A stretch of DNA of 64,000 nucleotides from an uncultured cyanobacterium (GTDB lineage: Bacteria; Cyanobacteriota; Cyanobacteriia; Cyanobacteriales; CAWUOF01), in NCBI GenBank assembly GCA_963744145.1, contig CAVUSO010000001.1, positions 2,144,001 to 2,208,000 on the forward strand. Reading direction: 5' to 3'. The notes under the pieces were generated by a model, which made no database searches, was not told where the DNA came from, and saw only the letters and a program-made list of their open reading frames with translations. Of this stretch, positions 42,270 to 53,315 are shown piece by piece (position 1 is the first letter of the stretch; each line of letters opens with the position of its first letter). The position numbers were made by a program, and so were the translations under genes.

Positions 42270-45200
42270 ATGAAATTAATCAAGGTGCTCCTAGCTGCGC
42301 TGCCCATTTCTGCGGCGATCGCTAGTTTCAAGGCGATCGCCCAACCAATTATTCCGGCTGGTGATACTCATACAGTCGTTAATCGCAACGGTAATAGTTT
42401 TAATATCAATGGCGGACAATTGTCAAGCGATCGGACTAATCTGTTTCATAATTTTACTCAATTTAGTCTTCCAACAGGACAAATCGCCAACTTTCAATCC
42501 CAACCCCAGATTCAGAATATTCTCAGTATTATTACTGGGGGAAATGTTTCCCAGATCAACGGTTTAATCAAAGTCACAGGTGGTAACTCCCACCTGTTTT
42601 TAATTAATCCCAGTGGTCTTATCTTTGGTCCCAATGCCAGTTTAAATGTCCCCGCTTCTTTCACAGCAACCACTGCCGAGCGGCTCGGATTTGGCCCGAA
42701 TTGGTTAAACACCAAGGGTAATAATAACTATTCCTTATTAAATAGCAATCCTCAAGCCTTTGCTTTCACTACATCTCAAGTCGGAAGTCTTATTAATCAA
42801 GGTAACTTAACTCTCGCACCAGGACAAAATCTCACCTTATTAGGTGGAACTGTGATCAGCACAGGGAATTTAGTTGCACCCCAAGGAGAAATTACCGTTG
42901 CGGCAATTCCTGGTTCGAGTCAAGTCAGAATTAATCAAGCCAATCATGTTTTAAGTTTAGACATTCAGCCACCTACGACCTCATCGGGAATTTCTACAGC
43001 AGCATTGTTACCTCAATTACTGACCGGTGGAAATGTGAGTAGTGCTACCAAATTAACGGTTAATCCTAATGGGACAGTACAGTTAACTGGTTCAGGATTA
43101 GCAGTCGAGAATGGAGATGTAGTCGTCCAACAAGTACAGGGAAAAACTGCAACTCTCGCAGCGAACCATAATCTCACCTTAGTAGAAAGTCAACTTCAGA
43201 CCACAGGAGACTTAAATCTGTTAGCTGGAGAGACAGTTAGAATTAGAGATAGTGTTAGTAAAGCATTCACCGCACAAGCAGGGGGAAACTTAATAATTCG
43301 CGGTAATCAAGGAATTGATATCCTTGCACTGAATCATCCTGAAATACCATTACAAAGTGGGGGAGATTTAACTTTAATTAGCAATGGAAAAATTTCGGGA
43401 GATGCACATTACCAGACAAAGGGAAATTTTTCGATTCGGAATTTGGAGGGCCAAGCTGGAGACTTTTTCAGCAAATATGATCCAGTAATTACATCAGACG
43501 GAGATGTCACCTTTGGTAACTATACAGGTGCTTCTTTAAAAGTAGTAGCGGGGGGAGACATTCAAACCGGAAATATTGTTATTAATAGTATAGATCCAAC
43601 CTTAAATCCGACTAATCCGATCGTCAGTTTACAAGCAGGAGTAGCAGGTACAACCGATAATCAGACCTTTGCTTATACTGATATAGCATCAGGTACAACT
43701 TTTAATAAAACTACTCCTCCATCATCAGGAAATCTTACAGTAGGTGGGAATATTACAACTACATTAGCATTACCACTCCAGGTAGATTTAACAGCTAATG
43801 GCAATATTAAAACGCAGGGCATTACCACGGGCGGTGGGAATATTAGCCTGAATAGTAATAATGGAATTGATACAAGTGCTGGTGCATTGGGATCTAGTGC
43901 TGCTAGTGGAAATGGTGGGAATATTAGCATTACGGCTACTAATAATATTATTACTGGTAATATCAACTCGGGTGGGACTCTGAATGGTGGAGATATTACT
44001 TTAATTAGTAGTAGTGGTACAATTGACACTAGCTTAAGCAATTTATTCAGCGGTACTAATTTTATTAGTGGTAATCATGATGGGAATATTGCGTTGACTG
44101 CTGCGGGCAATATTACTACAGGTGCTCTCAATTCCATTGGAGGGTTATTTGGTGGGAATATTAGCGTTAATAGTGGTGGGAATATTGATACTAAAGGCAG
44201 CATAATACTCAGTAGTGGAAATCTAACTGGTGGCGCGATCGCCTTAACCGCGAATGGAAATATTTCAGTTGCTAGTATCACTTCATCAGGAAACAGTAGC
44301 GGAAATATTACTCTGCATAGCGATGGTGATATTAATCCCTCCATCTTATCAGTAGGAGCGATAAGTTCTAGTGCTAGTAATGGCAGTAGTGGGGATATCA
44401 CATTAACAGCTAGTGGGAATATTACCAGCATATCAGGTAATGCTAGTTCTACCAATGGGAATGGTGGGAATATTAGCATTACAGCTAGTGGGAATATTAC
44501 CAGCATATCAGGTAATGCTAGTTCTACCAATGGGAATGGTGGGAATATTAGCATTACGGCTACTAATAATATTGTTACTGGTAACATCAGCTCGGGTGGG
44601 ACTCTGAATGGTGGAGATATTACCCTAATTAGTAGTAGTGGTACGATTGACACTAGCTTAGGCAATTTATTCAGCGGTACTAATTTTATTAGTGGTAATC
44701 AGGCTGGGAATATTGCGTTGACTGCTGCGGGCAATATTACTACAGGTGTTCTCTATGTTACTGGTGGGTCTTATGGTGGTAATATTAGCATCAATAGTGG
44801 TGGGAATATTGATACTCTAAACCAAATATCCAGTAATGGAAATGTAATGGGTGGAGCGATCACCTTAACTGCCAATGGGAATATTGCAGTTACTTACATC
44901 AATTCATGGGGCAACAGTAGCGGAAATATTACTCTGCATAGCGGTGGTGATATTAATTCCACCAACACTCTTCCAGGATCAGGAGCGATAACTTCTTATT
45001 CTATTAATGGTAGTAGTGGGGATATCACCCTAACTGCGAATGGCAATATTACCGGCATATCAGGTAATGCTAGTTCTACCAATGGGAATGGTGGGAATAT
45101 TAGCATTACTGCTAGTGGCAATATTACCGGCCTATCAGGTAATGCTAGTTCTACCAATGGGAATGGTGGGAATATTAGCATTACGGCTACTAATAATATT

Positions 45201-48200
45201 ATTACTGGTAACATCAGCTCGGGTGGGACTCTGAATAGTGGAGATATTACTCTAATTAGTAGTAGTGGTACGATTGATACTAGCTTAGGCAATTTATTAA
45301 ACGGTACTAATTTTATTAGTGGTAATCATACTGGGAATATTGCGCTGACTGCTGCGGGCAATATTACTACAGGTACTCTGGATTTACTTGGTGGGTCTTA
45401 TGGTGGTAATATTAGCATCAACAGTGGTGGTAATATTGATAATAAAAGCCAAATATCCAGTAGTGGAAATGTAATGGGTGGAGCGATCGCCTTAACTGCC
45501 AATGGGAATATTGCAGTTACTTACATCAATTCATTTGGCAACAGTAGCGGAAATATTACTCTACATAGCGGTGGTGATATTAATTCTACCAACATTTTTC
45601 CCGGACCAGGAGCGATAACTTCTTATTCTAGTCATGGTAATAGTGGGGATATCACATTAACTGCGAATGGCAATATTACCAGCATATCAGCTAATGCTAA
45701 TTCTACCAATGGGAATGGTGGGAATATTAGCATTACTGCTAGTGGCAATATTACCGGCCTATCAGGTAATGCTAGTTCTACCAATGGTAATGGTGGTAAT
45801 ATTAGCATTACTGCTACTAATAATATTATTACTGGTAACATTAACTCGTGGGGAAATAATGGTGGAGATATTACTCTAATTAGTAGTAGTGGTGCGATTG
45901 ACACTAGCTTAGGCAATTTATTCAACGGTACTAATTTTAGTGGTAATCATGCTGGGAATATTGCGCTGACTGCTACGGGCAATATTACTACAGGTTTTCT
46001 CAATTCCTCTTGGGGGGTATCTGGTGGCAATATTAGCGTTAATAGTGGTGGGAATATTGATACTAAAAGCACAATATTCAGTAGTGGAAATGCAATGGGT
46101 GGAGCAATCACCTTAACTGCAAATGGAAATATTTCAGTTGCTGGCATCGCTTCATCAGGCAACAGTAGCGGCAATATTACTCTGCATAGCGGTGGTGATA
46201 TTAATCCCTCCATTTTGTCAGTAGGATCGATAAATTCTAATTCTAGTAATGGTAATAGTGGGAATATTAGCATTACTGCTAGTGGCAATATTACCGGCCT
46301 ATCAGGTAATGCTAGTTCTACCAATGGTAATGGTGGGAATATTAGCATTACTGCTAGTGGCAATATTACCGGCCTATCAGGTAATGCTAGTTCTACCAAT
46401 GGTAATGGTGGTAATATTAGCATTACTGCTACTAATAATATTATTACTGGTAACATTAACTCGTGGGGAAATAATGGTGGAGATATTACTCTAATTAGTA
46501 GTAGTGGTGCGATTGACACTAGCTTAGGCAATTTATTCAACGGTACTAATTTTAGTGGTAATCATGCTGGGAATATTGCGCTGACTGCTACGGGCAATAT
46601 TACTACAGGTTTTCTCAATTCCTCTTGGGGGGTATCTGGTGGCAATATTAGCGTTAATAGTGGTGGGAATATTGATACTAAAAGCACAATATTCAGTAGT
46701 GGAAATGCAATGGGTGGAGCAATCGCCTTAACTGCAAATGGAAATATTTCAGTTGCTGGCATCGCTTCATCAGGCAACAGTAGCGGCAATATTACTCTGC
46801 ATAGCGGTGGTGATATTAATCCCTCCATTTTGTCAGTAGGATCGATAAATTCTAATTCTAGTAATGGTAGTAGTGGGGATATCACATTAACTGCTAGTGG
46901 CAATATTACCGGCATATCAGGTAATGCTAGTTCTACCAATGGTAATGGTGGTAATATTAGCATTACAGCTAATGGGAATATTACCGACATATCAGGTAAT
47001 ACTAGTTCTACCAATGGTAATGGTGGTAATATTAGCGTTAATAGTGGTGGTAATATTAATACTAATAACACAATATCCAGTAATGGAAATCTAACTGGTG
47101 GAGCGATCGCCTTAACTGCGAATGGAAATATTAACGTATTTAGCCTGAATTCTTCAAGTTCGAGCTATGGAGGTAATATTACTCTGTACGCCAATGGGAA
47201 TACGAGTTTAAATCAAATTAATGCTCAAAGTTTAGGAGGAGGGGTAGGAGGCAATGTTGATATTACCACTAACAAGTTTTTCCAAGCTACAGGTTTCTTC
47301 AGTGATATAAATGGGATTAATGCGAGTATTTCTACTGCGGGTGGGACTAATGGTGGGACAATTATTATCCGTCATGGAGGACAAGGAATTACACCTTTTA
47401 TCGTCGGGGATTCAGGTATAAATGGTACTACAGGTGCAATTACCAGGGGAGCTACACTTGTACAAACGATCGCACCAACATCATCCTATCTGAATACTTA
47501 TACTCAGGATTCTAATAACCTGCAAATTATTTCTATTCCAGCACCAGTTACTCCTTCTAATTCTAACTCTGGGGTTACTTCTAGCTATAATTCCTACTCT
47601 TATCCTGCTGCTAATTCTACCTCTACATCTACTAGCAATGCTGGTGCTGCGATTAATCCTAATTCTAACACTGGGTCTATTACTAATACTTCTAACTCTG
47701 GCACCGCTACTAATTCTCACTCGGCGTCTAACTCTGGTGCAATTACAAATGCTAATCTTAACATTGGCACAACTATTACCAATCCGATCTCCAGCTCAAC
47801 CACAAATAATTCACCAGTATCTAATCCTGTAAGTTCTAACTCTGGCACCGCTACAAATAACTCACCAGTATCTAATCCTGTAAGTTCCACTTTGACTAGA
47901 CAAGTTTATGAAGTGCCATTACCAACTCAGCCACATTCTCAGCAATCCACGTCAACCATAAATCCGATCGCTCAACCAGTTAATTTAGAGCCGATCCCAG
48001 GACCCACAACTCTCCCAGCGATCGCAACTAGTCTCGATTCTAGTAACTTAGATAACGCGATCAACCAAATTGAAGCAGCACGTACTAGTGAATATGACAA
48101 CTATTTATCCTCCAATCCCCACCTGAAAGATACTGCTCAAGAAATTCGCGATATCCTCAAAATAATTGCTGATCAAACTAAAACTAATCCGGTTGTTATC

Positions 48201-49247
48201 TATGTGATCGCATATAAACAACAGTTAAAATTATTATTAGTCACTCCGAAAGGACCGCCAATCCTCAAAACTGTTCCTAGCGTTAATCGTCAGTTGTTAT
48301 CTGATACATTAGGAAAATTTCGTGAGAATATTACTACTCCTAGTGAACGCCATAGTAACAGTTACTTAGCGCGAGCCAGACAACTTTATTCCTGGCTAAT
48401 TTCTCCACTCAAATCTAATCTTGATGCTCTCAAAGTCGATACTCTACTTTTTTCAATGGACCCAGGACTACGTCTGATTCCTTTAGCAGCTCTACATGAT
48501 GATAAACAATTTTTAATTGAACAATATAGTCTAGGGATAATTCCTAGCTTCAGCTTAACTGATAGTCACTATCAATCTCTCTACAATCAACAAGTTTTAG
48601 CGATGGGAGCAAATAAATTTAAAACCCAAAGTGCATTACCTGCGGTACCGACTGAACTCGCTACGATTACTCCCAGACTCTGGAAAGGTAAATCTTTTCT
48701 GAATGAAGCTTTTACTTTAGCTAATCTCAAATCTGCCCGGAACTACACATCCTTTAAAATAATTCATTTAGCAACCCATGCAGAATTTGAACCAGGAAAT
48801 TTAAGCAATTCCTATATTCAATTATGGGACACACGCTTAACAATTGATAAACTCCAGGAATTACAATGGAACCCGGAAGTAGAAATGCTGGTCTTAAGTG
48901 CTTGTCAAACCGCAGTGGGAGATAACAAACTGGAGTTAGGTTTTGCGGGATTAGCTGTGCAAGCTGGAGTGAAATCGGTTTTAGGAAGTTTATGGTATGT
49001 CAGTGATGAAGGTACATTAGGATTAATGAGTGAGTTTTATCAACAATTGAAAACAGTCAGAATTAAAGCTGAAGCCCTCCGACAAGCACAGTTAGGGATG
49101 CTCCACAAGAAAATTCGGATTATCAATGGCAAATTACATACCTCATTTGGAGATATTAGTTTACCTCCAGCCCTATCTCATCTAGAAAATGATTTATCTC
49201 ATCCTTACTATTGGTCAGCATTTACGATGATTGGTAATCCTTGGTAA
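42270..49247 (+). CDS. Secreted TPS/filamentous-haemagglutinin-domain protein with C-terminal CHAT domain, paralog 2
   Basis: N-terminus nearly identical to paralog 1; expanded central repeats; same CHAT motifs. Confidence 0.92.
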   Translation: MKLIKVLLAALPISAAIASFKAIAQPIIPAGDTHTVVNRNGNSFNINGGQLSSDRTNLFHNFTQFSLPTGQIANFQSQPQIQNILSIITGGNVSQINGLIKVTGGNSHLFLINPSGLIFGPNASLNVPASFTATTAERLGFGPNWLNTKGNNNYSLLNSNPQAFAFTTSQVGSLINQGNLTLAPGQNLTLLGGTVISTGNLVAPQGEITVAAIPGSSQVRINQANHVLSLDIQPPTTSSGISTAALLPQLLTGGNVSSATKLTVNPNGTVQLTGSGLAVENGDVVVQQVQGKTATLAANHNLTLVESQLQTTGDLNLLAGETVRIRDSVSKAFTAQAGGNLIIRGNQGIDILALNHPEIPLQSGGDLTLISNGKISGDAHYQTKGNFSIRNLEGQAGDFFSKYDPVITSDGDVTFGNYTGASLKVVAGGDIQTGNIVINSIDPTLNPTNPIVSLQAGVAGTTDNQTFAYTDIASGTTFNKTTPPSSGNLTVGGNITTTLALPLQVDLTANGNIKTQGITTGGGNISLNSNNGIDTSAGALGSSAASGNGGNISITATNNIITGNINSGGTLNGGDITLISSSGTIDTSLSNLFSGTNFISGNHDGNIALTAAGNITTGALNSIGGLFGGNISVNSGGNIDTKGSIILSSGNLTGGAIALTANGNISVASITSSGNSSGNITLHSDGDINPSILSVGAISSSASNGSSGDITLTASGNITSISGNASSTNGNGGNISITASGNITSISGNASSTNGNGGNISITATNNIVTGNISSGGTLNGGDITLISSSGTIDTSLGNLFSGTNFISGNQAGNIALTAAGNITTGVLYVTGGSYGGNISINSGGNIDTLNQISSNGNVMGGAITLTANGNIAVTYINSWGNSSGNITLHSGGDINSTNTLPGSGAITSYSINGSSGDITLTANGNITGISGNASSTNGNGGNISITASGNITGLSGNASSTNGNGGNISITATNNIITGNISSGGTLNSGDITLISSSGTIDTSLGNLLNGTNFISGNHTGNIALTAAGNITTGTLDLLGGSYGGNISINSGGNIDNKSQISSSGNVMGGAIALTANGNIAVTYINSFGNSSGNITLHSGGDINSTNIFPGPGAITSYSSHGNSGDITLTANGNITSISANANSTNGNGGNISITASGNITGLSGNASSTNGNGGNISITATNNIITGNINSWGNNGGDITLISSSGAIDTSLGNLFNGTNFSGNHAGNIALTATGNITTGFLNSSWGVSGGNISVNSGGNIDTKSTIFSSGNAMGGAITLTANGNISVAGIASSGNSSGNITLHSGGDINPSILSVGSINSNSSNGNSGNISITASGNITGLSGNASSTNGNGGNISITASGNITGLSGNASSTNGNGGNISITATNNIITGNINSWGNNGGDITLISSSGAIDTSLGNLFNGTNFSGNHAGNIALTATGNITTGFLNSSWGVSGGNISVNSGGNIDTKSTIFSSGNAMGGAIALTANGNISVAGIASSGNSSGNITLHSGGDINPSILSVGSINSNSSNGSSGDITLTASGNITGISGNASSTNGNGGNISITANGNITDISGNTSSTNGNGGNISVNSGGNINTNNTISSNGNLTGGAIALTANGNINVFSLNSSSSSYGGNITLYANGNTSLNQINAQSLGGGVGGNVDITTNKFFQATGFFSDINGINASISTAGGTNGGTIIIRHGGQGITPFIVGDSGINGTTGAITRGATLVQTIAPTSSYLNTYTQDSNNLQIISIPAPVTPSNSNSGVTSSYNSYSYPAANSTSTSTSNAGAAINPNSNTGSITNTSNSGTATNSHSASNSGAITNANLNIGTTITNPISSSTTNNSPVSNPVSSNSGTATNNSPVSNPVSSTLTRQVYEVPLPTQPHSQQSTSTINPIAQPVNLEPIPGPTTLPAIATSLDSSNLDNAINQIEAARTSEYDNYLSSNPHLKDTAQEIRDILKIIADQTKTNPVVIYVIAYKQQLKLLLVTPKGPPILKTVPSVNRQLLSDTLGKFRENITTPSERHSNSYLARARQLYSWLISPLKSNLDALKVDTLLFSMDPGLRLIPLAALHDDKQFLIEQYSLGIIPSFSLTDSHYQSLYNQQVLAMGANKFKTQSALPAVPTELATITPRLWKGKSFLNEAFTLANLKSARNYTSFKIIHLATHAEFEPGNLSNSYIQLWDTRLTIDKLQELQWNPEVEMLVLSACQTAVGDNKLELGFAGLAVQAGVKSVLGSLWYVSDEGTLGLMSEFYQQLKTVRIKAEALRQAQLGMLHKKIRIINGKLHTSFGDISLPPALSHLENDLSHPYYWSAFTMIGNPW
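43910..47045 (+). repeat. Five in-frame macro-repeats of 615-627 bp, each containing 75-bp sub-repeats
   Basis: Marker ACTAATAATATT at 43938, 44562, 45189, 45816 and 46431; the last two units are near-identical. Confidence 0.9.
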
Positions 49248-49252
49248 ATAGT

Positions 49253-51391
49253 TTACAACGGTTTTTTTACTGGTTGTGGGATTCGCTTTTGCCAATTGCC
49301 GATCGCTTCAGTTGCTTGGGAAAACACAGGAGTGTGATGAGGAATAAAACCAGCAATGCGAATAGCTTGATCTAATTTACCTTGTTTGGCTTGTTGATGA
49401 GCTATTTCTAGCAGATTTTGACTAGCCTCATTAATTAATTGTTGGGCTTGGTAATATTTTGGTTGATTAATTTTAATCTCATTGGCTTTAGCGATCGCGC
49501 GATTTAAAGTTTCTGGCTCTCGGGATTTCATTAAATTCGTAGCAGCCACAATTATTTTTTGATTAACTTTCTGCTGTTGAGCAAGATTTTTCCACAGAGT
49601 GATTTTCTGCTGTGCTAAATTATAAGTCAATGGATCTACATCTGGAACTAATTTAGCTGCGGCAATTGCTGTGGTAAAATTTCCCTGTTTTGCTCTTCCT
49701 TCAGCCACATCCATAATCAGATAACTCCAACGCTGAATATTTTGTTGTGCTTGCTGATAAAAAGGTTGTCCTTTTTTAATTTTCCTAGCTTGGGCAATTG
49801 CCTTATTATATTGGGATACCTGAGTTGGTGTGATTAAAATTTTCGCCTTTTCTAAGATAATTTTATTCTCGTTTTGTAGATAGGGATCAGGAATTATAGC
49901 ATCTCCATCCAGAGATATTTTTTCTGCTCCTACTTGAGTAAGCGAATTGAGCGATTGAGGTGAAGAAAAACGATGATTTGGAGATATATTTGTAATACTT
50001 CCTGAGTTTAATAATACAGTTTTTCTACCCAAAATTCGCGGATCACCATGCTCAAATAAACCCGCAATACAGCCAATCATTAAAGTAGCTAAAGTGCCAA
50101 CAAATAAAGCTTTCCAACCTAATTGGGTAATATCTTTGCGTCGGGAAGGAACTAACGCGATCGTTCCTCCGACAAATATCCCCACTGAAGCAATATGAGC
50201 AAAACCAGAAAGAACATAGCTAACAATTAACAAGGTGCGATCGCTAATTAACCCATTCCGAGTCGCTTCTGCTAAACTTTGATAAGCGGGAATCTCCGTT
50301 TCTAAAAATCTGCGTCCAATTAAGACAGAAGCTGTCCAGGAATCTTCAAAAGGTACACCTGTCAATAAAGTTAAAGGATAAAATAATGCTCCTTGAATAT
50401 TTTCTAAAGTAATAAAGCTAAAAATCGTGCCGATATTTTGCAAAAACAGGATATCCGCACTTTTTAAACTAGCTAAACCAGTAAATGTTTGATCTAATAA
50501 AGATTTTAAGCCTAAAATTAAAATTAACACCGCCGCGATCGCTACTGCCATTTTCACTCCTTCTAACGCTCCCAGAATAGCAGCATCTAAAGGACTAACT
50601 CGCTCAATTAAGCTACCACCAATAATTTCTTGAGGCTCTAATTCTGGTTGATAATCTTTAGTGGGAATCCCATTAGCAGTAAGTGGTATTTCTGTTTCGG
50701 GAATTAAAATTTTTGAGATCACGAAACAAGCAGGAATAGCAATAATTGATGCGGAAACTAAATGTCCTAGAATATTAGGAAAATATGGTTTGAGAAAGCT
50801 CACATAAATAGCTAAAGTAGAAGAAGCAGCAGTGCCAAAACAACAAGATAGCATAGCACATAGTTCGCTCCGGGTCATTTTAGCTAAGTAAGGTTTAACG
50901 ACGATCGCTGATTCAATTCCTAGAAAAATATTAGCGGCACCACTTAAAGATTCAGCTCCGCTCAACCGCATGGTATTATAAAATATTTTCGCAAAAAAAT
51001 TAACAATGATTTGCAGAATACCCAGATTTTCGAGTAATGCCATCAAACCTGAAAAAAAGACTACAGTAGGTAAAGCTCGAAAAGCAAAAATATAACCAAG
51101 GTTAAGATCAGGAGGTTGGTTAGCTAAAGGGACAATATTTTTACCAAATACAAAACTAGCACCAAAATCTGCGGCAAGAAAGACCGCATCTAGTAAACTA
51201 CTCATCCATTCTAGGAGGAGCCGAGTGGGAGGGAACTGAAAAACTAAAAAACCCAAGATGAGCTGTAACCCGATCCCCCAGATCACGACCCGAACCGGAA
51301 AAATTTGGCGATTTTCCGAACAGCTCCAAGCGATCGCACATAAGCCAAAGATCCCCAACAAGGAAATAAAGTTATACATTAAAGAAGGCAT
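49253..51391 (-). CDS. Concentrative nucleoside transporter (NupC/CNT) fused to a C-terminal helical-repeat domain
   Basis: FAFRALPTVVFFS, SGAESLSGAANIFLG and LSGFAH CNT motifs; about 210 further residues of AIA.A..I..... Y..AQ..I..W repeats. Confidence 0.85.
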   Translation of the reverse strand: MPSLMYNFISLLGIFGLCAIAWSCSENRQIFPVRVVIWGIGLQLILGFLVFQFPPTRLLLEWMSSLLDAVFLAADFGASFVFGKNIVPLANQPPDLNLGYIFAFRALPTVVFFSGLMALLENLGILQIIVNFFAKIFYNTMRLSGAESLSGAANIFLGIESAIVVKPYLAKMTRSELCAMLSCCFGTAASSTLAIYVSFLKPYFPNILGHLVSASIIAIPACFVISKILIPETEIPLTANGIPTKDYQPELEPQEIIGGSLIERVSPLDAAILGALEGVKMAVAIAAVLILILGLKSLLDQTFTGLASLKSADILFLQNIGTIFSFITLENIQGALFYPLTLLTGVPFEDSWTASVLIGRRFLETEIPAYQSLAEATRNGLISDRTLLIVSYVLSGFAHIASVGIFVGGTIALVPSRRKDITQLGWKALFVGTLATLMIGCIAGLFEHGDPRILGRKTVLLNSGSITNISPNHRFSSPQSLNSLTQVGAEKISLDGDAIIPDPYLQNENKIILEKAKILITPTQVSQYNKAIAQARKIKKGQPFYQQAQQNIQRWSYLIMDVAEGRAKQGNFTTAIAAAKLVPDVDPLTYNLAQQKITLWKNLAQQQKVNQKIIVAATNLMKSREPETLNRAIAKANEIKINQPKYYQAQQLINEASQNLLEIAHQQAKQGKLDQAIRIAGFIPHHTPVFSQATEAIGNWQKRIPQPVKKPL

Positions 51392-51653
51392 AAGCTCACG
51401 TCTGAATCTAGTTAACTAAAGCTAAAAGGAATGGATTGAGGTAAACCCTGATTGTTTCTGACTAAATTTTGGTGTGGTGGTCGGATGGGCGAATTTCCCT
51501 CACAGAATACCTGAAAAAGAAACCTGGGGAAACTACTGAAAGTCTAATTATCAAGACAAAATCGAGATCAGGATTTATGCCAAGTATCCCTTTACCTGCA
51601 AGTGGACGTGATAATTTCTAATGGTAAACCCTTGTCCTCAATCATTTTAACGC

Positions 51654-51920
51654 ATGGAAGCTTTTGAACCAATTCCTCCGGAATGGACACTTAAAGCAAT
51701 TCACGCTCGTGGATTTTGTTGTCCTAGTTGTCGAGCTACCGCAATGGAATCTGCCCGAGCTTGGATTAATCGTCGTGCTCCTGTATATACTGAAGAACAT
51801 CGTCGGAAATGGCAAGAATTTTATGAATGTACTTGTGGTTCAGTCTGGTGGGGATGGAGTAGTGAGCGTCCTCCCTCGGAACTAACGACAGAGGATCGCG
51901 TCCAAAATGAAGATTTTTGA
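51654..51920 (+). CDS. Small hypothetical protein, putative zinc ribbon
   Basis: CCPSC and ECTCG cysteine pairs; Trp-rich. Confidence 0.7.
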   Translation: MEAFEPIPPEWTLKAIHARGFCCPSCRATAMESARAWINRRAPVYTEEHRRKWQEFYECTCGSVWWGWSSERPPSELTTEDRVQNEDF

Positions 51921-51965
51921 ACTCAAAGTCCCTGATTTTCCCTTGTCCCTGAGCTGAAAGACAAA

Positions 51966-53048
51966 GTGTATTCAACCCTTGAACAAAAATATCAGCGGAT
52001 TCACCGCGAACTGATTACTGGTGTTCTTGTCCTAGCTGGTGTAGTTTTGCTAGGGACATTATGGTACTGTTTGGTTGAGGGATGGCATTGGACTGATGCT
52101 CTCTATATGACCATTAGTACCCTAGCTACAGTGGGGTTTGGTGAGATTCATCCTCTGAACTCAAGAGGACGTTTATTTACCATTGCCCTGATTATGATGG
52201 GACTGTTGACGATTGGTTATATTGTTAATAGATTTACGGAAGCCTTAATTGCAGGCTATTTTCAAGAAGGAATCCGACTGAGGCAACAGCGTCACTTGAT
52301 TGATACTTTATCGGGACATTATATTATCTGCGGATTCGGTCGCACTGGTCGTCAAATTGCTTTGGAATTTCAAGCAGAAGCGATCCCTTTTGTAGTGGTT
52401 GATTCGGATCAAGCATCTCTGGAACTAGCTGGCAAAATGGGCTATTTTTCCGTCCAAGGTGATGCTACTTTGGATGAAACTTTGATCAAGGTGAAAATCG
52501 AAAAAGCACTCTGTTTGGTTGCCGCACTTCCCTCTGATGCAGAAAACCTTTATACAGTTCTCTCCGCTAAATCTTTAAATCCTCAAGTCCGGGCGATCGC
52601 TCGTGCTAGTAATGAAGAAGCTGTCCAAAAATTACAACGGGGTGGTGCAGATGCGGTGGTTTCTCCCTATATTACTGGTGGGAAACGGATGGCTGCTGCT
52701 GCTCTGCGACCCCAGGTAATGGATTTTGTAGATGGGATTTTGACTGGAGCCGATCGCTCTTTCTATATGGAAGAGTTTCTGGTGCAACCCGATCTCTGTC
52801 CTTATGTTGGTCAAACTCTAAGAGATGCGAAATTGCGATCGCAATCCGGTGCTTTAGTTTTAGCTGTGCGTCGTGCTGATGGCACTTTGATTGGTGGACC
52901 CACTGCGAATACCCCAATTATGGCTGGAGATTTATTAATTTGTATGGGTACTGCGGAACAGTTACGTCTCCTCAACCAAATTCTTGGTCCAATCGATCGC
53001 AAAAATCCCCGTCTACCCAAACAAATTAAATCTGATCAGCTTCCTTAA
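51966..53048 (+). CDS. 2-TM potassium channel with RCK (TrkA-N/TrkA-C) domains
   Basis: TVGFGE selectivity filter; ICGFGRTG Rossmann motif; C-terminal TrkA-C. Confidence 0.93.
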   Translation: MYSTLEQKYQRIHRELITGVLVLAGVVLLGTLWYCLVEGWHWTDALYMTISTLATVGFGEIHPLNSRGRLFTIALIMMGLLTIGYIVNRFTEALIAGYFQEGIRLRQQRHLIDTLSGHYIICGFGRTGRQIALEFQAEAIPFVVVDSDQASLELAGKMGYFSVQGDATLDETLIKVKIEKALCLVAALPSDAENLYTVLSAKSLNPQVRAIARASNEEAVQKLQRGGADAVVSPYITGGKRMAAAALRPQVMDFVDGILTGADRSFYMEEFLVQPDLCPYVGQTLRDAKLRSQSGALVLAVRRADGTLIGGPTANTPIMAGDLLICMGTAEQLRLLNQILGPIDRKNPRLPKQIKSDQLP

Positions 53049-53049
53049 C

Positions 53050-53259
53050 TCAATCTAATTTTAAGGCGCTAGCAGGAACTTCATCCCATGAGCCAACTTC
53101 TCGTAATCGCGCAGTCCAACCTTGGACTTTTTGCTGGGTAGTTAAGTTTTGCTCGAAGGATTGATGGCACGCTTCGGCCCGTTCTTGGTCTGTACAAGCG
53201 ATACAAGCATAAATTAGACCAGAAGGATCTATTTGCTCATTTACCCAAATAGTTGTCAT
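53050..53259 (-). CDS. Small hypothetical protein
   Basis: Compact 69-aa ORF (WVNEQIDPSG...SWDEVP) co-oriented with the upstream GNAT. Confidence 0.65.
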   Translation of the reverse strand: MTTIWVNEQIDPSGLIYACIACTDQERAEACHQSFEQNLTTQQKVQGWTARLREVGSWDEVPASALKLD

Positions 53260-53315
53260 GGAAATTTATCCCCACTCGCAATCTGTTCGATTTTAAACTA
53301 ATACCAGGATGATGA

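Noticed and set aside
43673..47071. Many antisense and alternate-frame ORFs rich in Leu/Pro/Ile over the CHAT genes
   Set aside because: Shadow frames of the Gly/Asn/Ser repeat coding sequence, with no independent protein features
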